Part shown: positions 50,651-64,000 of the stretch, piece after piece | Position numbering within the stretch: the stretch's first letter is position 1 | Layout of the letters: every line of letters starts with the position of its first letter | Assembly (NCBI RefSeq): GCF_009914755.1 | Contig: NC_060928.1 | Length of the DNA stretch: 64,000 nt | Source of the DNA: the human T2T-CHM13v2.0 reference genome, Homo sapiens | Reading direction: 5' to 3' (one strand) | Notes under the pieces: model-generated | What the model saw: only the letters and a program-made list of their open reading frames with translations | What the model was told of the DNA's origin: nothing | Databases searched by the model: none | Program-made: the position numbers and the translations under genes

Positions 50651-50790
50651 TATGTATTTTGTATGTAAATAGTCATGACCACGTGGTTAAGTTATAATGA
50701 AATCATCAGAGGCATGGACTTTCTTATCAGAGTGCATTAGTACTGGAGATATGTAAGGCAAAATGGTTTTTTTTTTCTCTTTGTATATGA

Positions 50791-51100
<310 letters not shown>

Positions 51101-51739
51101 TGTATATGACATTTTGAGATCAGGGCTAAATTAAGATAATCAGGTCAAATCACCGAGGTAGGTTAGATTTTTGCTCAAACATATTTACTCTCTTCCCTCC
51201 GCCTCCATGGCAGGCGTGTGCTTTTACTTTTCCACCTGTTGACTTCGGGCTTGGCGATGGGGCCTGCTTTGGCCGCTTGGGCTAACAGCAGACAAGACTG
51301 AAAGCAAGCTTGAAATGTGTGGTGCAGGGAGGCTCGCTTTCTTGTGCCTCTGCCACTGTCATGAGAAGAGCCTCTCCCAGGAATCTGCGGCCCCATCTGC
51401 CTGGGTCCCACAATGAGACACTTAGAACAGACCTGGACCCATCACAAGCAAGGGGCCAAGCCCAGCTAACCACACTTGAGGCAGGACTGCCCAGCTGAGC
51501 CCAGCCAAAACCAGCCAACCCCCAGCAAACCCACCGATGCATGGGAGAGAATGATTGTTGTTTTGCTTTGGAATGGCTTATGATGCAAAAATTGCTGACA
51601 GACAAAATGATCATGAATGTAGTGGCTACAGATGCAGATGATACAGGCAGATTGTACTGGGAATTCAGATACCATGGGCCCTGGTGCTATTGCCTATGTG
51701 ATTTTTCCACGATAGTGAGCATTCTGGATAAAACACAGT

Positions 51740-52066
51740 GTCATTTCACCTTCATATACACAGTAGTTGCGTTCCTGAAATATTCAGATATATTAAAACT
51801 GTACAAAAATAATTTGCTTTTGTACAGCGTAAATCAAAGTTAGAGTCTAGGCTGAAGTAATTTTAACAGCTTTTTGATCTACGTAAATGTTTGTGCAGAC
51901 AATAAAAGTATGTGGGACGTTAGATGGAACTGTCCTAACCATTACAGGTCACTTAGCACCCAGCTGCCCTCCAAATACCAGAACTGTCCCGCAATTCTTG
52001 TGAAAGCCAAAAACACCTCCACACATTTCCAAAATCCCACCAGGTGACCTTGGTAGAAACACTAGA
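51740..52066. mobile_element. MER20-like hAT relic
   Basis: Diverged match ending ..aaaacacctccacacatttccaaaatccc..gaaacactag. Confidence 0.45.
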
Positions 52067-52169
52067 AGTCTAAGTGGTCCCTTCCAGCTCAAGTATTATC
52101 AGATTTAAAAAATCCGATTATAGTAGTAATTTAATCAATACATAGATAGTAAATATTATGTGCCAGTAA

Positions 52170-52463
52170 TTTTTTTTTTCTGAGACAGGATCTTGCTCTG
52201 TTTCACAGGCTGGAGTGGCATGAACACGGCTCACTGCAGCCTCAACCTCCTAGGCTCGAGTGACCTTGCCACTTCAGCCTCCCATGTAGCTGGGACCACA
52301 GGCACACATCACCACACCCAGCTAATTTTTTTTTTTTTTTCATTTTTGGTAGAGATGAGTGACGTCTCACTTTGTTGCCCAGGCTGGTCTCGAACTCCTG
52401 GGCTTAAGCAATCTTCCTGCTTCGGCATCCCAAAGTACTGGGATTACTGTGAGCCACTAGCCA
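52170..52463 (-). mobile_element. AluJ-like
   Basis: Antisense Alu. Confidence 0.85.
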
Positions 52464-53587
52464 GTACTGTTGATATAAGAAAAATACACAACATTGCTGT
52501 CCAAGGGCTTACAGCATAGAGGGGAGCGCAAGCCAGCAATTAGGCAATTATAATGTGGAGTGATAATTCATACCAGGAGTGTACATTCAGGATGCTGCAG
52601 GAGCACAGCCCAGGAGCATCTAACCCAATCCTGGGGCTCCGAGAAGTCTTCCCTCTCCTGGGAGATGAATAGGTGTTAACCAAGCAAGCAGCGGTGAGAG
52701 GTGGAACAGAGGAGACGGAGCAGGCAGCACACTCCATCCCATATAGAAAGGGTCATTATAATGCATCTACTGAGACCGCAAAAGGAGCAGCAGCCTCAGA
52801 CTTGGATAGATTTCAGTTCAAATTCTGGCTCAACTCTAATCCTGAGCCATTATAATGACTACACTTTATTAATTGCTTATTATGTTCCAGGCTCTGTGGG
52901 AAGTACTTTATATGAATTATTACCCTTAATCCTCCCAACAGTACCTTAAAAGGGTAGCTACTATGGTTATCATCCTTATGTTACAGAGTAAGAAACTGAG
53001 GCACAGAAAGAATAAGTAACTTGCCTAAGCTAAGGAGTGGTGGAGCTGCGATTAGAACCAAGACAAAAAAAAAAACACAAAAAACAAAGAATGAAGACAA
53101 GGTGACTTGAGAGCCAACATTCTTTACCACCGCCCCACAAGGCAACCTTCTCTGATCCTACTGCCTCATTGAGATGAGTGCAATCACAGCTCCTGTGAAT
53201 TTATACATGGATGAAGTGGTTTCTGTATTTAAAACACCAGACACATTGGTAGAATTTTCAAAAAATAATATAGTTATTATCCAAGTTCTAATTCTTCCAT
53301 TATTGGTATCTTAAAAAATTTTTACCTGTATTTTTAAAAATGTGGCTTCTGAAAAAATTGAAATTACGTATGTGTTTCATATTATATTTCTTTTTCTAAT
53401 TTTATAGATTTAGGGGGCACAAGTGCAGTTTTGTTACGTGGATATACTGTGTAGTGGTATAATTCTTCCCTTTTTAAGGGAGGAAAGTAATCATTTGGAG
53501 AGTATACAGTGTATATAATTTTATTTACAAATCACACCTTTTTTGGCCTTAAAAAAAAAAACCAAGCCTATACTGGGTTGCACGTAA

Positions 53588-54228
<641 letters not shown>

Positions 54229-54649
54229 GGACAAGGGTTTATTCTCATGTCAAAGAAGCCGAATTAGGTAGTCCAGGTCCTCCTATCTTTTTGGCCTCTA
54301 TCTCCAGGTGACCTTATGATCCAAGGTGGCTGCTAGAGCTTCAGTCCTCAGATCTGCATCCATGCTGCAGGGAGGAGGAGAGGGGAAAGAACAAGGAGAT
54401 AGACCTAGTCAATTCTTTTAAGGGGCTTCTCTAAAGTCCCATGCAGGACTTCTACTTACATCTGGGATTGTGACAGGGAGGCTCACAGCCTGTGACTGAC
54501 TGATAAAGGCGTATAAAAGCCCCAGCCTCAAAGAAGGCAATACTGCAGTGCCCAGAGCCTCCTGTATGAGCAGGCTGAGGCTGGAAGCCACACCTTCAGC
54601 TAAAACCACCTCTTGCCTCTTTCTTGCCTCAGTGTCTAGAGGAACTCTA

Positions 54650-55259
<610 letters not shown>

Positions 55260-55312
55260 AGATGTATTTATCTTGAGGTTTCATTTCTATGCGTTTATAA
55301 GAAGCAGTCACG

Positions 55313-55315
<3 letters not shown>

Positions 55316-55363
<48 letters not shown>
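55316..55363. repeat. (AC)n microsatellite
   Basis: About 24 uninterrupted units. Confidence 0.95.
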
Positions 55364-55366
<3 letters not shown>

Positions 55367-56389
55367 CTCTCCTGCACTTCATTCTCAGCTTTCACGCCAG
55401 AGAGGCATCATATTCAGGCAGGAAGACAGGGGACAGGGCAGCTCCTTAAGATGTGGATGGAGGAAGTCCCAGGAGTTCCATGCCACGGGTCTTTATTGGC
55501 TTCTGAAAGGCCCGTTCCATCGGGGCTCCTGTCCAGCACAGCAGAAATGACCAGTGAATCTCAATAGCTTATCAGAAAGCGTCCTTAGTTTCAGGGTGTT
55601 TGGTTCAGCAGTGTTGTCGCTGTTTTTCAAAGATCCAAGGAAGGCTACACAGAGTCCCTTTGTATCCAAGTCCTTTCCCAGCCAAGTTTTCACAGTTGAG
55701 ACTTTTCAGGGCTGGGAGAAGGTTTGGTGAGCTTTACTCTCAGAAATTAGAGAGAGGAAGTCAAGGGGGTTGCGGGGCCATCTCAGCAGGGGTGCCGGGA
55801 TCCAGAACTGGAAGGCAGAGGCTGCCGGGGCAGGGTCTCTGCAGGTTTTATTCTTGTTGCTGGTCTTCCCTGATTGCTTTCCCCTTAAAACAGAACAACA
55901 ACAACAAAAAAAAAAACAGTTGTGAATGCTTACTTTGGGGCAGCAAGACGAAAGGCAGCAAGAAGACCAGGTTCCTCCACAAAGGCCGGAGAGGATGGAG
56001 GGAGGAAAGATGGAGGGAGGAAAGCAGGCAGGTCTACAGGGAGTGTGGCAGGGACAAGGAAGGTCAGAGTGAGCTGATCTTGATTGGGAAAGGACTTCAA
56101 GGACAGATACATCCATCCAATATTATGGCTGCAGCCATAGGGCATTAATCAGCATTCTTGATTATGAGTGATAGAACCAACCCCATCTCAAACTGGCTTA
56201 AAGAGCCACTGAGGAATTTATGACTCGTGTAACTGAAAACTTGAGGCATGGCTGAATCTGGGTGCTCACATGGTGTCCTCACACCTTCCTGTCTCCCGGT
56301 TCTGCTTTTTTCTTATTGGGTTCCTTCTAAGGCAGGTGCTCCTCAAGGGGTGGGAAGCATTGCCACTGGCTCCTTGGTTGCCCTGGTGA

Positions 56390-56910
56390 AGAAGACTTAT
56401 GCAATCAATTGTGTCATGGACCCCAATTCTTCACCATTTCCTGATCACATTCTTTGCCATGTAACTTTGCAATGCTTGGTCCATGTGACTTACTTGAGCC
56501 AAAGCAATGAGATGGAAGTGAGAGTGGTGTAATTCCAAGCCCAGGCCTCGTGGAACTTGTCTGCTTCTACTAGTTCTCTTGTGCGTCTGCCATCCCCAGG
56601 CTGTCCTGGTGGTTCCAAGAGAAGGAGAGACACACAGAGCACAGCTGAGTTATCCCGGCCCCAACGCATTTATGCCTAGTGTTCCATTATTGGAATGCTA
56701 AGCATGTGGGAGTTATTTATATCCTAATGCTCAAGGTCACCGCCAAGGTCTGATTGCAAAAATTCAAAAAATTGCAACTTCAGGCATAAATGGGTTAAGA
56801 TGATCCCGGATGAGCCAACCACTAGACGTGTGACTCAGCCCAGGCAACACTGGAGAGCTGAACCCCTCGGACACATGAGGAATCAACATCTTGAATGCCA
56901 CTGAGATTAA
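56390..56910 (+). mobile_element. Old MLT1-like LTR hosting MER85
   Basis: ccatgtgacttacttgagccaa..gagatggaagtgag..aattccaagcccaggcct. Confidence 0.45.
56665..56794. mobile_element. MER85 piggyBac MITE (PGBD3 family)
   Basis: TIRs C(G)CATTTATGCCT / AGGCATAAATGGG, right TTAA (56795-56798; left degenerate CCAA), internal palindrome GTTCCATTATTGGAAT at 56681-56696. Confidence 0.9.
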
Positions 56911-57239
56911 AACATGTAACCATGACACCTTCTTTCTCAGCCATCCCAGCAGAAGCTGCAAGCCACCTGCCCAAATCCAAGCCAGTCCCTGCCATTTTTT
57001 ATACTTCTCACACTACATGGGCTAAAATCGGGAGGGTTGGCTTCCCAAAGGAAAACTGGGGTCCTGTTACCAGAAGATAGAGAAGATGGTCAGATCTCCA
57101 CTACAGAACTCTCCTCTGGCTTCAGCCATTTTCTCTGAAGGAGGTTTGGGAATTGAAGGTTTTCAAAAGACACTGATTTGTTCCATTAATGAAGCCAAGG
57201 AAGGAGACAAACCAGCCCTCTGAGAAAGCTCACCAGTTT

Positions 57240-57556
57240 GGCCCAGGCACGGTGGCTCACGCCTGTAATCCCAGCACTTTGGGAGGCCGAGGCGGGTGGA
57301 TCACGAGGTCAGGAGTTCGAGACCAGCCTGGCCAGCATGGTAAAAGCCCATCTCCACTAAAAAAAAAAAAAAAAAATTAACTGGGCATGGTGGCATGTGC
57401 CTGTAATCCCAGCTACTTGGGAGGCTGAGGCAGGAGAACTGCCTTGAACCTGGGAGGTGGCGGTTGCAGTGAGCCAATACTGCTCCACTGCACTCCAGAC
57501 TAGGCGACAGAGTGAGACTCTGTTTCAAAAAAAATTAAAAAAAAGAAAGAAAGAAA
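57240..57556 (+). mobile_element. AluS-like
   Basis: TSD agaaagctcaccagtttg. Confidence 0.92.
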
Positions 57557-57643
57557 GCTCACCAGTTTGACCAGACAATCGGCTGGGAGAGTAGCTGAGT
57601 TCCAGCAATCTTAGCAGCCTGGGATCACGCTCTGTGTGATAAG

Positions 57644-58072
57644 TGTCTCATGCATCCATGTGAAGAGACCACCAAACAGGCTTTATGTGAACAACAAGGC
57701 TGTTTATTTCACCTGGGTGCAGGCGGGCTGAGTCCGAAAAGAGAGTCAGCCAAGGGTGGTGGATTATTATTAGTTCTTATACGTTTTGGGATAGGAGGTG
57801 GAGTTAGGAGCACTGTGTTGCGGGCAGGGGGTGGATCTCACAAAGTACCTTCTCAAGGGTGGGGAGAATTACAAAGAACCTTCTTAAGGGTGGGGGAGAT
57901 TACAAAGTACATTGATCAGTTAGGGTGGGGCAGAAACACATCACAATGGTGGAATGTCATCAGTTAAGGCTATTTTCACTTTTGTGGATCTTCAGTTGCT
58001 TCAGGCGATCTGGATGTATACGTGCAGGGCGTAGGGGATATGATGGCTTAGCCTGGGCTCAGAGGCCTGACA
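57644..58072 (-). mobile_element. HERV-H solo LTR (LTR7B-like)
   Basis: Minus strand starts TGTCAGGCCTCTGAGCCCAGGCTAAGCCATCATATCCCC and ends ..GCATGAGACA. Perfect 5-bp TSD ATAAG (57639-57643 / 58073-58077). TATAAG and AATAAA are retained. Confidence 0.93.
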
Positions 58073-59089
58073 ATAAGTGTAATCTAGGTCTCTCCTGGTG
58101 CTTAAGCCTCAAGGGACCTATTTTCAGTTCTGTCTCTGGCTTCCTTTCAGAACCTTGCTGAATCTCTCAGTATGTTTCTACTCAAGCATTTTCCTGTGCA
58201 GACTAAAGACACTATCAGGAAATTAAATGAAACATGTATAACTTATTGGTCATATTCATAATCCCATCAGTAAATATTTAACACAGGCTATTTACCATAT
58301 ATATATCTGAAAATAAGGTGAGTTTTTTTTTCTCCCCAAAATTATCCCTCTGCAAACAAAATGGCCTGATGTTTGAAACCTTCAGCAGCTCTCACATTTT
58401 GCAGTGCCCTCCCATTTACCTTATTTGGATCAATCTTTGTTGTATTTTTACTGTTTGGGGAAGCTTATCTGTAAAGGCTGCACATCTGTACTGGTTTTGG
58501 CTGCTTAGAGAGGTTGCCTCACAGATTCAGCATTATTTAAAAGAGAAAGAGGAAATACGGACTCAGTAACTCTGGTTTTACGAGTTACAAATTCACTTGC
58601 AAATTTTATAAACAAGTCTTTTAAGATCACAAATTTGTACATCTAAAACAAATTTGTAAATAAAAGTGCTAGAGTTCATGTGAGTAGGTAGTTAGGTCTT
58701 TTAGTTTTTATTCTGCCTAGGGCACTGTCTCAAGGGGTCCTGAGAATGTGTGCCCAGCTAGTTAGGTCTTGAGATAGTGTCCGAGAGTATCATCATCATA
58801 GCTGTAGAAAGTTTCCGATCTCAAAAGACCAGACATGTGCAGATAATATACACTGAAAAAGTGTTCTGGACAACTTGAAAAAGGGGACACTGGTACATCA
58901 AAGATACAGATGCTACTGGTGCAGATGGAGAATTTGAGTAAAACCATTACATGAAATGTGAAAGAAAAACAGCCATGTTTTTACAGTAATAAACCATAGC
59001 ACTCAATGTGTGAAGTTAACTAGGCACATGCCCCAATGGTTCTTTAAATAACATAAGAGACTATTTCGTCTACAACCATAGACATGTGG

Positions 59090-60150
<1,061 letters not shown>

Positions 60151-60379
60151 TATGTATAAATGTCAATGAGTATGCAACTATGATGTGCAACTTTCAGCAT
60201 TGTCCAAAAGTTACAGAGGATGATGCAGTGACTGTGACTTTGAAAAACAAAGAATGATCCTTAAATCACAGCTGCTGCAGCCATTTCAGCTATTTGGCAG
60301 AGGTGGTAATGCTGCCTTTTGGACCTACAATACAACCAAGTCTTTGTTCGAATCATCTCACTTCCTGGCTATATTCTTA

Positions 60380-60830
60380 AGAAAGGAGGGTGCTTCATGC
60401 GCTGAGCTCATGGCACAGGTCCCGCAAGTGACCTGCGAGCCCCACCGCTAGGGGCCGCTTAGGTGCAGCCCCCAGGTGGGCGGGGACTGCGTTTCGGGGC
60501 GTGGCCTCCGCCGCGGCAGCCCCCGCCCAAGCTCCTCCTAAGCGCCTGGGGGCGCTGTGGGTCGCTTTGGGTCGCGGGGGCGCTCTTTCTCAGCATTCTT
60601 GTTTCGTACTGAGGCTTTCGGGACGGCGGCGGGAAGATGGCGGCCTCCAGGAATGGGTTTGAAGCCGTGGAGGCAGAGGGCAGCGCAGGGTGCCGGGGAA
60701 GCTCGGGAATGGAGGTGGTGCTTCCTTTGGATCCTGCCGTCCCCGCCCCGCTGTGCCCTCACGGTGGGTCAGAGTCTGGGCTCAGCCTAACTGCCGGGCG
60801 CTGAGGGTGTGAGTTGGCTTGGAAGTGGCT
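60380..60830 (+). promoter_or_regulatory. ZCCHC4: CpG-island promoter of ZCCHC4
   Basis: Sharp GC/CpG enrichment. GC boxes GGGCGG (60478), GGGGCGTGGC (~60496) and CCCCGCCC (~60521). YY1-type AAGATGGCGGC at 60634-60644 overlaps the ATG. No TATA box seen. Confidence 0.9.
60637..60763 (+). CDS. ZCCHC4: ZCCHC4 coding exon 1 (rRNA N6-adenosine methyltransferase, N-terminus)
   Basis: Strong Kozak aagATGG; donor CACG|GTGGGT; 127 nt. Translates MAASRNGFEAVEAEGSAGCRGSSGMEVVLPLDPAVPAPLCPH(G). Confidence 0.93.
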
Positions 60831-61422
60831 TTTGGGGCTCCTGTATTTTTACCCGCCTCTTTCCCTCACCAGTGTGCTGCCTAGAAAATACTCCTTCCTC
60901 GGAACGCGGTGTTTTTCAACTTACTTGAGAAACATTCAGAGCAAGTCTCCACTCTTGTGGTTTTGGCTCCAGGACTATTTCATCTCTTTTGGGGGGAAGG
61001 GGCAGAAAAGTAGGCAAAGAGAAGAATGCATGGTATTGAATAGTTCTCGTTGACAAGTACTTGGGGATTTCATTTGTTGATTTGCTCTCCCTTCAAAAAT
61101 AAAAAATTAGGGAGAAAAACAGTGTAATTCTTGCCTGCGAACTAGACTCAGTTTTTCTCTAACTTACAGAAAGTGGGCGTGTCCAGCTCAAAGCTCAGGT
61201 TTTCACTGCAAGGGTAACCGCGCAAGAGATGTCAAAGTCCTCAATTCTCTGAGTCCCTTCCTTGTTTTAGTCTCAGGTTTGTAATATTCACAACGTAGAC
61301 AGCAACTGTACCGACAATAGCATTTTCTTTCTGAAGAGACCGGTTTTCAAAAATTATTTATAAGTAGTCACTGCCGGAATGTTGTAACAGAGAGAAAAGA
61401 AACATTCATTAAACACAGAGAA

Positions 61423-61740
61423 GCCGGCGTGGTGGCGTGCACCTGTAGTTCCAGCACTTGGGGGGCCGAGGCGGGCTGATCGCTTGAGCCCAGGAGTTTG
61501 AGACTAGCCCGGGCAAAAATGATGACACTCCGTCTACAAAAAAAGAAAAACAGCTGGGGACACGCAACTGTAGTCCCAGCTACTCGGGATGCTGAGGCGG
61601 GAGAATCGCTTGAGGCTAGGAAGCAGGATCTCAGTGAGCCATGATTGTGCCACTGCGCTTCAGCCTGGGCGACAGAGGGAGACCCTGTCTCAAGAAAACA
61701 AAACAAAAAACCCTAACAAAACAAAAAACAACCAACCAAA
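61423..61740 (+). mobile_element. AluJ-like in ZCCHC4 intron 1
   Basis: Sense Alu with many retained CpGs. Confidence 0.85.
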
Positions 61741-61875
61741 GAGATGGATTTAATTATGATAAATTGTGCCTAAAGCTCAAACAAATTTTATTTAAGGGCA
61801 GCGAAAACTAAGAACTTGACGTAGATGACCATTACTTGACACTTTTTTTTTTTTTTTTTTCTATTCTGGAACTAG

Positions 61876-61994
61876 GACCCACTCTTCTGTTTGTAAAGGT
61901 GACCCAAGGGAAAGAAGAAACTCGGAGGTTTTATGCCTGTTCAGCCTGTAGAGATAGAAAAGACTGTAATTTTTTTCAGTGGGAAGATGAAAAG
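61876..61994 (+). CDS. ZCCHC4: ZCCHC4 coding exon 2 (GRF-type zinc finger)
   Basis: T18 tract, acceptor actAG|GACCC, donor GAAAAG|GTATAT; 119 nt. Translates (G)[39 protein letters not shown]. The CPHG..RRFYAC..C.FFQW pattern is a GRF zinc finger. Confidence 0.95.
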
Positions 61995-62249
61995 GTATAT
62001 CAACTTTTTGGATATTTATTTTTTATTTTTGGTATGTGTGACAATTTTGTTGAGAACGTGTAAACCAATAAAAATATGCGGTCTGAACATACAAGATAAA
62101 TCTCTTAAGAGAGATGGAGATACTATGTTTGTTGGTTCAGAAAATGAGTTCATGTTTACTCTGATTACTGATATCTTAAACTACTGTCTCAAAGTCTTAT
62201 TTCCCCATAAGACTCTCTGAGGTGGTAATATTGGGTGGGGCTGATCTTC

Positions 62250-62611
62250 TGTGTGTTAGCTTGGGCTTCTGTAACAGAAGTACCATAGGCTGTGTGGCTT
62301 AAACGACAGACATCTGTTTCTTACAGTTCTGGAGACTGGGAAGTCCAGGATCAAGATGCTGGCAGATCTAGTGTCTGGTGTAGGTCCTGTCCTCTTCCTG
62401 ATTTGCAGAGGGTCATCCTTTCTTTATATCCTCATTTCCCAGAGAGAGGAAGCAAGCACTGTCTGTCTTAGAAGGACACTAATCTCATTCCTGAGGGCTC
62501 TACCCTCTTGACGTAATTACCTCTCAAAGGCGCCTCATTTAAATACCATCACATTGGGGTTAAGGCTTCAACATACGAATTTTAGGGGGCACAAACATTC
62601 AGTCGATAGCA
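62250..62611 (-). mobile_element. MLT1A-like MaLR LTR in ZCCHC4 intron 2
   Basis: tgtgttagcttgggct..gtaccataggctgtgtggcttaaac..ggagactgggaagtccaggatcaag..cattcagtcgatagca. Confidence 0.8.
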
Positions 62612-63147
62612 CCGTTGGCAGATACAGATTGCTCACTAAAGAGAAATCATGATCATTCCAGAAAGTGTTAAAAAACACTTTTTTTGAACATTTGCATTGA
62701 ACATCCCTTATACAGCTATTAGATGACCAATGAAGGCACTTAGAGATATAGTCATGAGCTTGGTATCCTCTTGAACTCGGCTCCAGTTGAAGTTTCTGAA
62801 AACTTTGACCAGAGAATTTTCAGTTTTGTTAGGTTTATGGTAAAACAGTATTATATACCACTCTTCTGCAGACCCATTAAGGTGAATACTTGGTTTGTGT
62901 CCACCTTTTTGCTATTGTGGATGATGCTACAGTGAACATATGTTAATCTCTCAGTGCTTTAATATGCTGGATATTGCTTCAAGCTGCTCTAGAATTTTCC
63001 CAGTTTTCGCTGTTTTGTTTTCCCCTGAAATGAATGCCTGTTGAGTTGGTTGAATTTCTGACTTCTTGATGTCAGAATGTGATGCCAGTTCTTCTAGGAT
63101 GATAGATATTTCACAGTTTATTCAATGGGTTTTGTACTCTCTTTCAG

Positions 63148-63230
63148 TTGTCAGGAGCTAGACTTGCTGCCCGAGAAGCTCATAACCGAAGATGTCAGCC
63201 TCCCCTGTCCCGAACGCAGTGTGTGGAAAG
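63148..63230 (+). CDS. ZCCHC4: ZCCHC4 coding exon 3 (gene continues beyond window)
   Basis: Boundaries ctttcAG|TTGTCA and GGAAAG|GTACTG; 83 nt, in frame with exon 2. Translates [27 protein letters not shown](R). Confidence 0.92.
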
Positions 63231-63319
63231 GTACTGATGCAGTGTCATTTTTCTTTATTAGTTTAGCTGTCATTTTTTTTGTTATTGCCTTTTTCTGTGC
63301 CTTTAAGTTTACTTTCATT

Positions 63320-64000
63320 TATTTATTTTTATTGTAGTTACATATATAATATAAAATTTGCCATTTTAATCATTTTCAAGTGTGCAATTCAGTGACATTA
63401 AGTACATTCATGTTGTTGTGTAACCATTGCCCCTATTCGCAAAACTTTTTCATCACTCCAAACAGAAACTGCCACCATTATGCTATAACTCCTCATTCTA
63501 CCTCCTCCCAAACCCTAGTAACCTCTGATTTATTTTTGTGTGTTTTTTTTTTTTTTTGAGACAGGGTCTCACTCTGTGTTGCCCAGGCTGAAGTGCAGTG
63601 GTGCTGTCACGACTCACTATAGCCTCAACCTCCTGGGCTCAACCAGTCCTCCACCTCAGCCTCATGAGTAGCTGGGACTTCAGGCACACGCCACCACACC
63701 CAGCTAATTTATTATTATTTTTTATAGAGATAAGGTCTTGCTATGTTGCCCAGAACTCCTGGTCTAGAACTACTGGGCTCAAGGGATCCGCCCACCTCAG
63801 CCTCCCAAACTGTGAAGGTTACAGGCATGAGCCATTGTGCCCGACTATTTTTGTTGCTATGAATTTGACAGTTCTGTGTACCTCATACAAGTGAGACTAT
63901 ACAATATTTGTCCTTTTGGGTCTGGCTTATTTTACTTAGCATAATGTCTTCAAGGTTCATGCATGTGGTAGCATGTATCAGAACTGTATTCCTTTTTACA
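63320..64000 (-). mobile_element. L1MB 3' UTR fragment split by an Alu
   Basis: ataaaatttgccattttaatcattttcaagtgtgcaattcagtgacattaagtacattca..tctggcttattttacttagcataatgtcttcaaggttcat. Confidence 0.8.
63540..63845 (-). mobile_element. AluJ-like in ZCCHC4 intron 3
   Basis: Antisense Alu. Confidence 0.85.

Noticed and set aside
55600-56148. Longest ORF in the track (182 aa) and overlapping minus-strand ORFs
   Set aside because: Non-ATG start, low-complexity stretches, no recognisable domain or splice context; consistent with chance in GC-richer DNA.
58689-59050. Purine-rich, coding-looking stretch with a 12-bp direct repeat TAGTTAGGTCTT
   Set aside because: No sustained ORF or recognisable protein; I cannot support a pseudogene call without a search.
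60538-60790. Alternative-frame and antisense ORFs across the ZCCHC4 CpG island
   Set aside because: Stop-poor GC-rich sequence with non-ATG starts.

Overview
Mammalian genomic DNA, by recognition human (PI4K2B/ZCCHC4 locus, which I recall is on 4p15). The window holds exons 2-10 and the 3' UTR of PI4K2B (phosphatidylinositol 4-kinase type II beta, + strand, 137-~27,020). About 33 kb of repeat-dominated intergenic DNA follows. The window ends with the CpG-island promoter and exons 1-3 of ZCCHC4 (28S rRNA m6A methyltransferase, + strand, ATG at 60637). All exons have GT-AG boundaries and join in one open frame. Repeats include about 55 Alu/FLAM copies, a near full-length antisense L1PA nested in an older L1M and carrying two Alus and an LTR15, solo LTRs (THE1, LTR7B/HERV-H, MLT1) and DNA-transposon relics (MER30, MER5A, Tigger3, MER85). 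Almost all ORFs in the track are repeat-derived noise. I see no new protein-coding system. The most interesting unexplained structure is in PI4K2B intron 4: a perfect 24-bp hairpin, an adjacent U1-like anti-donor element complementary to three 5' splice sites, and a candidate poison exon. Repeat subfamily names come from recalled consensus sequences, not from a search, and repeat boundaries are approximate unless a TSD is quoted.
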